DNA of 63,757 nt, filler included, from Conidiobolus incongruus B7586 (lineage: Eukaryota), in assembly GCA_000697335.1 (NCBI GenBank). It is 10 parts of 10 records of this genome, joined end to end, with 100 filler letters (N's around TTAATTAATTAA, not from the genome) between each part and the next. Parts side by side here need not be neighbours in the genome. Positions count along the whole stretch, not along the records: positions 7,853 to 13,594 come from JNEM01000306.1; positions 13,695 to 19,744 come from JNEM01000307.1; positions 19,845 to 25,940 come from JNEM01000308.1; 7 more parts are not named here. One strand, given 5' to 3'. The notes under the pieces were generated by a model that was not told the DNA's origin, did not search any database, and saw nothing but the letters and a program-made list of their open reading frames with translations. How positions within the stretch are numbered: the first letter of the stretch is position 1; each line of letters starts with the position of its first letter. The translations under genes were made by a program, and so were the position numbers. Below are positions 13,174 through 25,809 of the stretch, in pieces.

Positions 13174-14539
13174 TATATATTAAATTCTAAACCTAGATTA
13201 ATTAATAATATAAAACAAATATCTTGTAATTTAACAAAATATTAAAAATAAACTAAAGTAGTGATAGCTAAACAAAACATATTAAAATATAGCTAAAAGT
13301 AAAAATTTTTATAAAAATCATTATGATTAATGAATTTCCAATAATTACATATAATCTTTTATTTAAAAACAAAATATAATATTAAATTAAATTTCATCAT
13401 TTTAAAATATTTTAGTTAATAAATATTTTATTATTAAATATATATTTACCATTGATATAATTTATAAAAATATATGATATTATATTTTTAATATTTTAAA
13501 AACTTATTTAATAATAGTTTTTATAATATTTTTATATTATTAATAAAATATACTTATTATTTTGCATAATTATTACAAAATTAATATTATTAAANNNNNN
13601 NNNNNNNNNNNNNNNNNNNNNNNNNNNNNNNNNNNNNNTTAATTAATTAANNNNNNNNNNNNNNNNNNNNNNNNNNNNNNNNNNNNNNNNNNNNAAATAA
13701 ATATCAAAGAAACTAATTAAACAATAAATTTTAATTTATATAAAATAGAGTTATTTAAAAAATACTGAATATTTTATATATTAAAATAAAATACAATTGA
13801 AAAAATTATTAATATTGAAAATTAATTTTGATATTATTATAAAAACTAAGTTTTAATCATATTTTTTTCAAATTTCATTTAATATTAAAAAAGCAATTTA
13901 TATGAAAATACTGATTATATATTTAGAATTAAGCTAGATTAACCAAAATTAAAATAATACAATATATTGAATTTTTATAATTAAAAGAATTTAAAGAAAT
14001 ATAAAAATTAAAATTTAGTAATTTTTTCTAAAAATGTATATAAAGATGAACTTTTTTAATAATAAATCTAATATATTATTTTAAATAAATTTCAGTTATA
14101 TTTAAATTTATTAAAATCAATATTTTGACAAGGTTTAAATTCTAAAGAAATTCAAATTCAGGAAAAATTAACCAACCTATAAATATATTTATATTTATAA
14201 TTTATTGTAAAATTATGATGATTTGAATAAATATTAATTTTTTGATCAAAATCTTTGTCCTTTAAAAATATAAATTATCGACTTGTCTGTTAACATTTAT
14301 CAAAGATATTAGAAATGATTTAGTTATAGGTCAGTCATTATATAATTAAAATTTAAACTTAGTAATATTTGTAAATAATTAAAAATATTTAAATTGTACT
14401 ATATTTGTCTATTGAAGAATATAATTTCATTTTGATTGTATATTAAATATTATCAAACATTTTATATTGGGATTGATCAAACTAAATTTATAACATCAAG
14501 TTTTCAATTAAAAAATTATTAAGTTTTAAATGGTATAAT

Positions 14540-15790
14540 ATTTTAAAAATTAAAGGAATACTTTAATAGAAGCATAATTGTTCTAATATATTCGATTTTC
14601 AAATATTGAGGTTAATATATGCACGAATAATGAATTAGAATTGCTTAATAGGCTTAAGAGTATTAAGCCGTTATTTCAATACTAAAGGATTAAGAATACA
14701 TTCAAAGCATCTAATATTTAAGATTAATGTTCAAGAGATATTTGATTTACTTTTAAAAAGCCATAAGAAAGAGATTAATCTCTCAGGTTTATTTGATGAA
14801 TTTCAAAGTATAAAAAATATATTGAAGGATTCATATTAAAACCAATATTACATTCTTATTTAGTTTCTATCACTGTGTACTTATCCCCTCTTACATAATT
14901 CTCAGTAATTTTCATTTACCATTGACCGAATTTATTCGAATACTTAATTATTTCACTTCCATTATAACTCTTGAGCTCGATAGTAATTCTTTCGTTACCA
15001 AGTTTAACAATTCTGAAGCAAACAATATAAAATTCTCAAAAACCTCAAAAGTACTCCGATTAAGCTGCGATATCACCAAAGTAAAGTTGGATTTAAATCA
15101 AGACAATGAATGGAATCATAAAAGCGTCAATATCTCCAATAAATTTCCCACATTTTCAGCAGTTTTAATTCAATATTTACTGAGCTTGAAAGTGTTAAAG
15201 TATCGCGAATCCAAAAAATATTAATGGAGGGTTTTAGATCAATTAATCTCTTGTAATTCTCAACTTTACCAACTTGAAATTTTTGCTGATATATTAACAC
15301 TATCACTGCTCCAATTCCTAGTCAATATTCAGTTGTGATCTCAAAAATTAGTACCCTTGCCAGATTTTCAATAGCCTATACCTATATAATTACAACCTTT
15401 AAACTCTATAGAAGCTTTCAAAATTTTCCATTTGAGCAAGTATGATGTCGAATTTTTAAGCTTTTTGAATTCTTGCCCCTGCTTCATCAAGTCTTTATTA
15501 CCTTTTAACGATGTTTTTTCCCAAAGATTCAAAACTGCAATCACTCTATATTCCAATCTCCAAAACTGAACACTCATATCCAACAACTCTTAAGTAAATT
15601 TGAGTTGTTTTATAATTGATTCTGATCTATTGAATTATATTAAATTTATAAATTTTAATCAAACTTGTTTGAGCTTCAAGTAATTGAAGTCAAGCTCCTC
15701 ACTCCTTGAAATACTATTCATTTTCCCTGACAATATTGGGAATTGGGAAACTCTAATTGCATAGGAACCAATTTCCAAATTGGTATTATA
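14540..15790 (+). pseudogene. Degenerate F-box/LRR (RNI-like) paralogue
   Basis: Interrupted frames give segments collinear with 16289..17572: LKSIKPLFQY; ILNYFTSIITLELDSN...IKFSKTSKVLRL; L.LKVLKY; LDQLISCNSQLYQLEIFADILT; NIGNWETL. Many stops and frameshifts; boundaries approximate. Confidence 0.7.
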
Positions 15791-16288
15791 TAATAATAAT
15801 CAGTTTGAGCATTTTAATATATGGTAATAAATTAAAATAATAAATATTCAATCATTTCAGAATGTCATTCATTGGTTATTTTATGATTAAGGTTAAATCT
15901 TAGTATAAATTTTAAAATAATTATGAAAAAACTATTAGGGACCTATGGATTTTTTTGATTAAAAGAATGAAATAAATTATTATAATTTTTTAGTAATAGA
16001 ATTGTATCTATTTTAAAATTGAACACGTAATTACTTAGAAATCAATTAATATTTTTTAATTAAACATGTTACCAATGAAATTTCGACAAATTTAATTTTA
16101 TACAGTATTAATTAATCCCATATTCAACTGAATTATATTTAAACTACTTAAATTCACTATTCAGTAAGTTAATAAATATTTATTCGCTACTTAAAATTAA
16201 TATAAACCTAACTTTTTCAATTAAATTTTATCATTAACTTATATAATTTATATTTTATCATTAATCAAGTTTTTTGTAATTATTTACT

Positions 16289-17572
16289 ATGTCAAAAAAT
16301 ACTTTAGAATGGTCTTGGGTACTAACTATAAAAGAATTCACCCAATATTTAACTATTCAAGACATAATAAAACTTGGTTCTGTATGTCATTTTCTGAGAC
16401 TCAAATTAAGGCCTTTAATATATCGTTCATTGTATCTAAAACCCCCTACTAATGCCACTTGGTTTGAAAAACCTGGCCAACCTACTTTGCAAGATCAATT
16501 TCAATTAATAATTGACAAATATACCGATACTAAAGAATATATTAATGAGTTGGAATTACATTGTAAGTTAAATCCTCAATTGATACCAATGTCAATATCT
16601 TATTTCAACCATTTGAAGTCTCTAAAATTATTTAAATTGGTATTACCTGCCATTACACTTGGTGAGATTTTGAATACCTTAGAATCTTTGGAATATTTAC
16701 ATTTAGACCAGAACCAATTGTTGGTGAGTGAAATTATGATGGATATTGGAGAACCCATAGTATTTCCCAAATCTTTAAGAGTATTGAAGATAAGAATGAA
16801 TTTGAGTTTAGCTACACCCTATTACCATAACACTCTAGACTTTATTAAGCATCGACGACCCGTAACAAATCGATTTCCCTCTTTTCTCAAAGCCTCTGAA
16901 TCCCAATTACCTAATTTAAAAATGTTAAAATACTGTGATATCAGGAATCAATCCGCTCAAATTTTGGAGAATTTTTTGAGCTACAATAGTCATATTGAAT
17001 GCTTAGTTATAAGTGCTTATAGACTAACTGTTAGTGTTTGGCAATTGTTGGGGAACTGTCACAAGTTGAGGGAGCTGAAATTATTGCAATTTTTTAGTAA
17101 TACTCAACTGAACCAATTTGACAACATTCAGCAATTAAACTCTATTGAATGTCTTGATATTTCTAGTTTGACAGTGTTAGAACCTGAAATAGTAGCTTTT
17201 GTCACATTTCCATATCCCAATGTAACTACACTATGCATACCCTATAAAGATGGTGACTTATCCGAATTCCAATCTATTTTTAATCGATTTCCCAAGCTGG
17301 AAAATCTCTACGTACGTTCCGCCTATCAATTCCAAAGTCTCGACTATTTCGCCGTAAATTCTAACAATTTAAAATTCATTGAATTTCGCGGCTTCATCAG
17401 GTCAAGAATTAATATTACCAATTTAGAACAATGTCCCAGTCTCAGACATTTGTCATTCGTTTTTAATTCTATAGAAACTTACGAAAAGCAATATTTGTTA
17501 AATCATTTGCAAAAATTTGATAATTGGCAGATTTTTAGTTTTCAAAATAGTATTCAATGTTATAGAAAATAA
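16289..17572 (+). CDS. F-box-like/leucine-rich-repeat (RNI-like) protein
   Basis: 427-aa intronless ORF; N-terminal W..VL.IKEF.QYL...DIIKLGSVC..LR..L.P.IY F-box-like motif; repeated LxxLxL (F..LKSLKL, LESLEYLHL, LPNLKMLKY, FPKLENLYV). Confidence 0.8.
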   Translation: MSKNTLEWSWVLTIKEFTQYLTIQDIIKLGSVCHFLRLKLRPLIYRSLYLKPPTNATWFEKPGQPTLQDQFQLIIDKYTDTKEYINELELHCKLNPQLIPMSISYFNHLKSLKLFKLVLPAITLGEILNTLESLEYLHLDQNQLLVSEIMMDIGEPIVFPKSLRVLKIRMNLSLATPYYHNTLDFIKHRRPVTNRFPSFLKASESQLPNLKMLKYCDIRNQSAQILENFLSYNSHIECLVISAYRLTVSVWQLLGNCHKLRELKLLQFFSNTQLNQFDNIQQLNSIECLDISSLTVLEPEIVAFVTFPYPNVTTLCIPYKDGDLSEFQSIFNRFPKLENLYVRSAYQFQSLDYFAVNSNNLKFIEFRGFIRSRINITNLEQCPSLRHLSFVFNSIETYEKQYLLNHLQKFDNWQIFSFQNSIQCYRK

Positions 17573-20196
17573 TTTAATTTATAAATATTTTAATTTCAGT
17601 TATATTTAGAGATATAAATTCTATTATATATATATATATATTTAAAATTTATTTTAAATAAAATTTTTTAATTATATAATTTTTTTTAATATAATATTTT
17701 TAAAAATTAAATTGATATTTTTAAATTACATAAAGTATATAAAATATTGACTAATAATTTATTAATTATTGACTTTACATTATTCATTTTAATTACTATT
17801 TATCAATAGTTGTCTAAATAATATAATATTGAACTGGAAAATAGAATAATAACTATTAAGGTTAATTGTATATATTGTTCAGTTTTATATTTTTAAAATA
17901 AATAATATAAAATATTAATTCAATAAAAATCTAATTAAACCAAAAAAACTCTCAAGGTACTCTTAATAACTCAAATTATAAAATAACATTTATTCAGAGT
18001 TATTATAATAAGTCTGTAATCACCTACAATATAAATATTGCTATATATCATGGTAGATTATATTATCATCAAATTTGTAAGTCTAACATTATTTTGTTTT
18101 AATAATTACAAGTTGATTTTTCATTAATTTTATTTGTATATCAAACACTTATTTTTTATCATTATTTTAATAAATTGAATTCTATTACATTAAATTTTAT
18201 TGGTTATCCCTTTAAAATTCATGGATTTTTTATAACTCTTTTTTATATTGAATTTTGGATATGTAATTATCAATACATCTTGATAATTGCTTGTAGCTCT
18301 AAAATGGTATAAGTAATACCTTAATCAAATTTAAGATAATATATTATAAAGTTCTTTTAAACCTGATTTTTGATAAAAAATGTAAATCACAGTCCCATAA
18401 ATAAATTTTAGGTCAATTTTATTTTCAATTCAATCCCAAAATATCTATCACAGTATCAAACCATTTAAATAATATTCAATTAATATGCTCAGGTTCAAAA
18501 TTGAATCAAGTTAATACTCTCATTGATCGTTAGATAAAATTGTCAATTTTTTTAACATCAAAGATTTTATTCATGTATTCAATTTATCTTGACCAAATTG
18601 TAATTATAAAAATAATTTATGAATCTGTAAAGTACACTGATTTCAAGGTTTAATTAAAAGTTAATTGTAAAATATTATAACTTTAAAAATTTGAATTCAA
18701 AAGTTAGTTTAATACAATTTAGCTTAACCTCTAATTTAAAATTTGAAAATATTATCAAACCATATATAATTAGAAGCAAATTCAATATCGAATCATAGTC
18801 ATAAATTTGAGCCTAAACTTGGTAAAAATATAAATTAAGTAGAATTGATATCTATATTGTGTAATACATAATTGAGTTTTAAAAATATTATATTGTTTTA
18901 AATTTGCTTAATAATATAAAATGGAAAATATTTTAATTTGTAATATTTCAAAGATATAGTTAGACTTAGAATATATAATATACTTAAAACTAATAAAAGA
19001 AAACATTTTTATATAAAATATAACATTCTCGCCTATGATATTTTTTAATAAAAGTATTTTATAATTCAAAAATTTAATGATGAATTTAATTTTGCTTAAA
19101 CTAAATTACCATTTTCTAAAATTTGCTATGTTTGTATTATTCAAACTTAATCACAATCTGTTCAAATTATTTAAATTTTATAAACAAATTATTAAGGAAA
19201 TATTTTATTCCAAATTACCATTCATCAATCAGCTTGTTATTTTAAGCTTATAATGGAAATTGTTTTAAATTTGTCAAAGCTTAGAAAATAATTTTTTATT
19301 AATATTTTGTTTATGAATTAAAAACATTTTAATGTTTATTATCATTTTCTCAATATTGCAGATCACACTTTATTTAATATATAAAAATGTAAGATAAATG
19401 ATTTTAAAATTAATATATCATTAAAAGATTAGATTAACTTTATTTTAATAAACTAACTAAAAACCAATAATTAGATAGAAAACTAAATTTCTTATATTTT
19501 ATATTTATGATTAAGATGGTTAAGTTTAGTATAGATCATTTTTTATAGATGCTTATTGTCAAAGACCCTATTTCAAACTGAATATTAGTAATTATAATAT
19601 ATTATAATATTAATAGTTTTTTATTTAATTTTTTAAATTAATTAATTTAATTTGCTATTTTTTTTTCAAATAAAATAATTTTAAATTGGTCTTATTAATA
19701 TAATAATTGATTTTATTGATTTGAATAATAATAATATGATTTAANNNNNNNNNNNNNNNNNNNNNNNNNNNNNNNNNNNNNNNNNNNNTTAATTAATTAA
19801 NNNNNNNNNNNNNNNNNNNNNNNNNNNNNNNNNNNNNNNNNNNNAAATAACCAACTTTAAAAAATTAATTTTTTAATCAAAAAAATATAATATATAAATA
19901 TATATAATTGGATAATATATAATCCTTAATATATTTTATTTATATCTATTTTTTTAAAATTAATAATATTTTGAAAAATCAAAAATTAAAAAATTTTCTA
20001 TTAATTTAAATTTAAGAAATATTATTATTTGAACTTTTTAATCAAATTATTATTAAAATACAAAAATTGTGATTTTATATAGAAATATTTATAATTAAAT
20101 TTTATAGATTATATTTAAATATTAAGTATTATCTTTCTATTTATAATAAATAATACCAAAATATCAATAAAATATAATTAAAAATATTATAATATA

Positions 20197-20570
20197 TGTA
20201 AGTGAATAACAACAGTTAAGGGTAGAGGAAGCAGGTTTCTTAACATTTTAGGAAATATATAATAACTAGATCCTTTAGTATTGAGGTGCTAATTAATAAT
20301 AATAAGAAATATATTAATAGTTAAGCAAAAGGTTTATTTATGTAAGAAGTAATATAAACTAAAGTTTTAACTAAAGAGAAGAATCTGAGTCTTTTTTATA
20401 GCTAAGTGGAATATATACACATAAATATATAAGGCTAAATAATAGTAAAGTTATTTAAATATAAAGATTTGTAAAATGTTAATAAGATTTAATTTAGATA
20501 ATTAGGTTTTTAGTAGTGAATTAAAGTAAGGAAAGGTATCAATTAAATAGCAATTGTTATAATACTTACA
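20197..20570 (-). repeat. 3' LTR
   Basis: TGTAAGT...ACTTACA inverted termini; adjacent to the polypurine tract. Confidence 0.95.
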
Positions 20571-23500
20571 CCCCCTCTAAACTATATTAAACTATTAGCA
20601 TAGTCTTACTCCCTTTAATCTTCTTGATATAAGATAAGTAAGTGTAAATGTCTTTAATCACCTTAAGTGGTTCTTAAGTTAACTCAGAATTAAAATAGCT
20701 TAATCACTTTACAAAATAATAAGGTTTTCTATATTTTGTTTTATATGTAAAAATTTCATTAACATAATATTCTTTATCCCTTTAATTATTAATAATAGGT
20801 AATAGAGGTGCTTTAAAATTTTAATTAGGAAACTTGTTTTTGGGATAATAGTATGGTTTTAACAATAAGGTATAGAAAACTAAATAATATTTATAAGTTT
20901 TTAGTAACTTTAATTCAAAATTTCCAGGTTTAAAGCTTGTTTTAAGGATATACAATAGTTTAATCTAATATAGTAAAAGCTTTTGATTTGTATTTTTTCT
21001 AGATATTTACTTAGTAAAAGGTATATCTGTTATATCTAAAAGGACTAAAGACTTAGATTTATATTTAGATAAAGCTTTATAGAATTTTAAATAATAATTT
21101 TTATTGTATATTTGTTTCAACTTAGTTGATTCTGAAATTATTTGGTGGATTAATTCAAATCTCTCTAATTTTTCTATGATAAACTTATTGGTGATAATAT
21201 CCAAGTTAAGGTTAATTAATAAGTTAGGTAATTATCTATAATTTATAAAATAGGGAGTTAAACTATTAAACTAATTAATTAAATTATTATAGGTAAATTA
21301 TAAATAAAGTAAGAAAGATTCCTAATTATTTTAATTAAAGTTAATGTAATTTCTAACCATCTTTTTTAAAGCTTTAATGACTTTTTTAACTAGTTTATTT
21401 GATTAATAATGGTAAATAATACTGAGCTTTATATTAATATCTATACGTTATATAAAAGCTTTCTAGAATTTTAAAGTAAATTTAAGGTTTTTATTAGTAA
21501 TAATAGTAATAAATAATCTATATAATAAATTCACTTTTTTAATTAATAAGTTAGCTATTTTAAATACTATAATTATTTTATAGGTAGGAATAAAATAAGC
21601 AAATCTGCTGTATAAATGAATAACTAGTAAAATATTATCATAGCTTTTTTTTAACTTAGGTATTTTTATAAAGTTGAGTTGTATTTAAGCTTAAGTTTTA
21701 AATAGTAAAGATAAGGAATTTAATTTATCAACTACCTTTTTTATATGGTATTTATTTCTTTAACAGCTATTATAAGATTTGTAATAGCTTTTTATCAACT
21801 TAATTAATTTTACTACATAATATTTTACTTGAATTTTATTAATAAGTTGATTCTAACTTTAATGTCCATTTAACTTATAGTTGTGATATTGTTTTAAAGT
21901 CTTTAATTAAAGGTTAAAAACTTTTAAAATATATAATTTATCATGTTTATATAACAAACCATTTAATATTTAGAATTCTTTATATTCAAAAAGTTTTTTC
22001 TTATTATTCTCTTCTATTTTAACTTTAATTATCAAATAAAAGTTATCACATTATAGTTTTTCTTTTAAAACCTAATAAAAGTCTTCATTATTTAAGGTGA
22101 TAATTTTTAAGCTAGTTTTAATTAGTTTATTATATTTATTACATATTAATATATAGATTAGATTTTTATTCAATATATCTACAACCTTATTTTACTTACT
22201 AAGAAAGTATTTAATTAAGAATAAATACTTTTAGATAATTTTTATCCATTAAATTTATTTTTTAAATAGATACTTTTGTCAATTCAAGTAAATTAATGAT
22301 TTATAATTGTTTAAGCATAAAAACTCTTGATGAAATAACTAAAAACTAAACTTTTTATGATTTCTACTAATGTAAGCATTTTTTACTTAAATACAAGATA
22401 ATTTTATTTAGTAGGTGTTAATTTTCTAAACTAGAATGTTAAAGGTTTTAGATTTAAATACTTAAAAACCTTTTGGTGCTTGGTTACCCTTTTTAAAGTT
22501 TTAGAGTGGTTATACTTTTTAAAATCTTCAATAATTTTGCTTTGTGCTATTTAACTACCTATAGTATAAACAAACATATCTATGAACACAATTACTAATA
22601 ATTTAAGGTTGTATATAGCAAGTATTGAAGTTATAGCAATTTTGTAAATTAGTATATAAAAAGAAAATGTTTCATTAAGGGTTTAAGTAAATAGTTTATC
22701 TTTCTTTAATAAATTAGATATAAAACTAATAAGCTTAGTAAACACAGGAATATAATCTTTAAAATATATAACTAATCTTAGAAAAGTTACTATATGATGT
22801 TTATTAGCAAGGATTATAGTGTTATATAATTTTTAAAAGTTTTGCTAGATTAATAGAAATTCCTTTAGAAGAGATAATATAACTACAAAATAAAATACAT
22901 GAAGTAGCAAAAACATATTTAGAGAATTTTATTGGCAACTAATTTTAGTTAAGTATTTGTAAAATAATCTTTATATTCAGAATATAATTATTTAAAGTCT
23001 TTGAATAAATTAAGATGTTGTTTAAGTAACACACAATAAAATCATTATAATACTTGCTAAATAAACTATTTATAAGTTTTATAAATATAACAGGTATGTT
23101 ATAGAATTTAAAATTTATAACTTTAAACTTATAATGCTTGAATATACAACTAAAAGCAGTTAAAGGGATACTTTATTCATCAACTAAGATATTATAATAG
23201 TTGTTCTTAAGATTTATTTTAGTAAAGTAGTTTACACCTATAAATCTATCTTTAATTTTATTTAAATTAAGTAAAGGAGTTTTATCTTTAATTGTTTTAC
23301 TATTAAAAACTCTATTATTAATTTAAAATTACTAACCTCTATTATGTTTTTTAACAAAAAAAAACTAGTGAACTTTAAGGGTTTGTAAAAGGTTATATAA
23401 AACCTAATTCTAATAGCTTGTTTATTTCTTCACAAAGAATTTTATATTATTTAAAAAAATGTGATAAGATAATTTGTGATAAAATTAAGTGTTAAGTAAC

Positions 23501-25435
23501 AGTTTGATTTTATAAGACATATTTTTTTTAGTGGTAAAGTGGTTAAAACTTTAAAAACATTTCTGTATTTATTAACAACCTTATACAATAGATTTTTAAT
23601 ATCTAAGGCATTTTTTAAATCTTTTAAAAAAATATAGTGTCAAAATTAATATAAATTATATTAGATTGATTTTTTAACTTTTTAATTAAATTCACAAAAG
23701 ATATTATTGAAATTATTACATTATTAAAAAAGGTATTATTAGTACCTTCTTTTATATTAGAATTAGTTATTAGCTTATAACTTAAACTATTATAGCAAAA
23801 TAAAAAAATATGTTTATTAAATAAACTTTTATTTATGATAATTAGATAATGCTTCTAAAACCAACTAAAACTTATAATAATATTATATTTTACAAAACCT
23901 ATTATAGATTAGATTCTTTTAAAATAACCTATCACCAATAAAATATTATAATATAAAAATCCTTTGGTAGTTTATTATGTATTATTTATATAATTCAATA
24001 TCATATTCATTTAATTATAAGATAATTTAAATCTCTTAATAACATCTTTATTAATAAATATATTATTATATTTAGAGTTAAATAGGAAAAAAATAAGGTA
24101 TTTGTTTAGAGTACCTTTGAAGATTTATAAGGAACATAACTTATTTTCATTAGGATCTAATAAATAAGAGTTTAAATAGATATTACTCTTCTTCTCTAAT
24201 GAATTTTAAAATAATTTTTAGTTATTTAAATATAATTTCAAGGGTTTATTATAAAGAGTTTTTGACAAAGATTTCTCTTTATTATTTTAACTATATTAAG
24301 TTAAATTTAAACTAGATTAATTATTAATCTGTTGATTACTTTCTTTATTATTCATTTGAATATCATTATTTAATATTATATCACTAAAGTTTTTACTATT
24401 AAATAGTTTCTTGGGATATTTATTCTAATAGTAATCTATATTAATTTGTCTATAATAGAAGTATTTTTTATTCCTTCTTAAGTATAATTTCTCTTTTTTA
24501 ATTAAATACTCTTTTTTCTATATTGTAGATATATTTATAATATTAAGATTAAATGATTTAGATGGGGAATTATTAAAGCTTGTATAGAGACTCTTATTTA
24601 TTTCTTTAATATAATTCCAATTGTTTTTTACCTTAATAGCTATTTTAGTTAAAGTAACAAAACTAGCTATTTTTATATTAATCTTAGAGTAAACAACTAT
24701 AAAAATATTAGGCTTGAGTTTTCTCTTAAACCTATTTTTCTTTTTACCTTTAAATAAGTTAAGAATCTTTAATTTAAGCTAGGTAAATTATTCTACAAAA
24801 TCTTTAATTGAAGATTTCTAAGAAATCCTTGCTAGCTTATTTTAAGCTAGAGTAACTATATCTGATAGGTAAAACCTCTGCTTAATTGCTTGTTTGAATT
24901 AGTTAAATGTTTAGATCCTATTAGGATAAAAAGAACTACTAGTAAAATTAAGTATGTCTTTTAAGTGTTTATATCACTAAAGTTTAATATAAGAGGTTAA
25001 TTTAGAAGCTGAAATTTTTATTAAATTATTTAAATCTAGAGTTTTAATTTCTTCAAGGAATTTGGTTAGTTTGTCTAAAAATACTTCTAGTTTTTTAGGA
25101 GGTTTTGAGTTATTATAAGTAATTAGGTTATTTGCAAAGAACTTAACTTTGTTAAAGCTTCTTAAAGTGGATAATAAATCTCTATGACTATTTAATTCAG
25201 TTATTATTTGTTATATATAATTGATTTGCTAGGTTTACTTTAATTTCAATCTATACTTAATAAAGGTACTATTAATATTGATAAAATCTAATTAACTAAT
25301 AGAATAATAGTTATTGTTACTAAAACTTTAAATGTTTATTTTATTTTAATTATATATAAAACAATAGGTTATAATTATAAAATCTTTAATTATAACAATA
25401 AAAGTACTTTTAAATCTTCTTAATTATTGCTATTA

Positions 25436-25809
25436 TGTAAGTAAATAATAATAGTCAAGGGTAAAGGAAGCAGGTTTCTCAATATCTTAGGAAATATATA
25501 ATAACTAAATCCTTTAGTATTGAGGTGTTAATTAATAATAATAAGATATATATTAATAGTTAAACAAAAGGTTTATTTGTATTAGAAGTAATATAAGCTA
25601 AAGTCTTAGCTAGAGAGAAAAATCTGAGTCTTTTTTATAGCTAAGTAAAATATATACATATAAGTATATAAAGTTGAATAATAATAAAGTTACTCAAATA
25701 TAAGGATTTATAAAATGCTGATAAAACCAAATTTAGATAATTAAGTCTTTAGTAGTGAATTAGAAAGAGGAAAAGTATCAATTAAGTAGTAATTGTTATA
25801 ATACTTACA
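25436..25809 (-). repeat. 5' LTR
   Basis: Same length and termini as the 3' LTR; followed on the minus strand by TAATAGCAAT, readable as a G>A-decayed TGGTAGCAG-type primer-binding site. Confidence 0.95.

Larger units (their letters stand above)
20197..25809 (-). mobile_element. Full-length, mutationally inactivated Ty3/Gypsy LTR retrotransposon with chromodomain (chromovirus-like)
   Basis: Two 374-bp direct repeats (TG...CA); 5-bp TSD ATATA; PPT GAGGGGG next to the 3' LTR (20571-20577). Minus-strand ghost motifs in Gypsy order: protease LF[D>N]S[G>K] ~24070-24090; RT FTKI[D>N]LKN[G>N]Y.NI...TAF ~23150-23228; YL[DD>NN]ILIYS 23002-23028; chromodomain YFVK*LSY..SE.T*EPL ~20660-20720. Confidence 0.93.

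Noticed and set aside
21007..21204. 65-aa ORF inside the Gypsy element
   Set aside because: Residual fragment within the decayed pol region, not a separate gene
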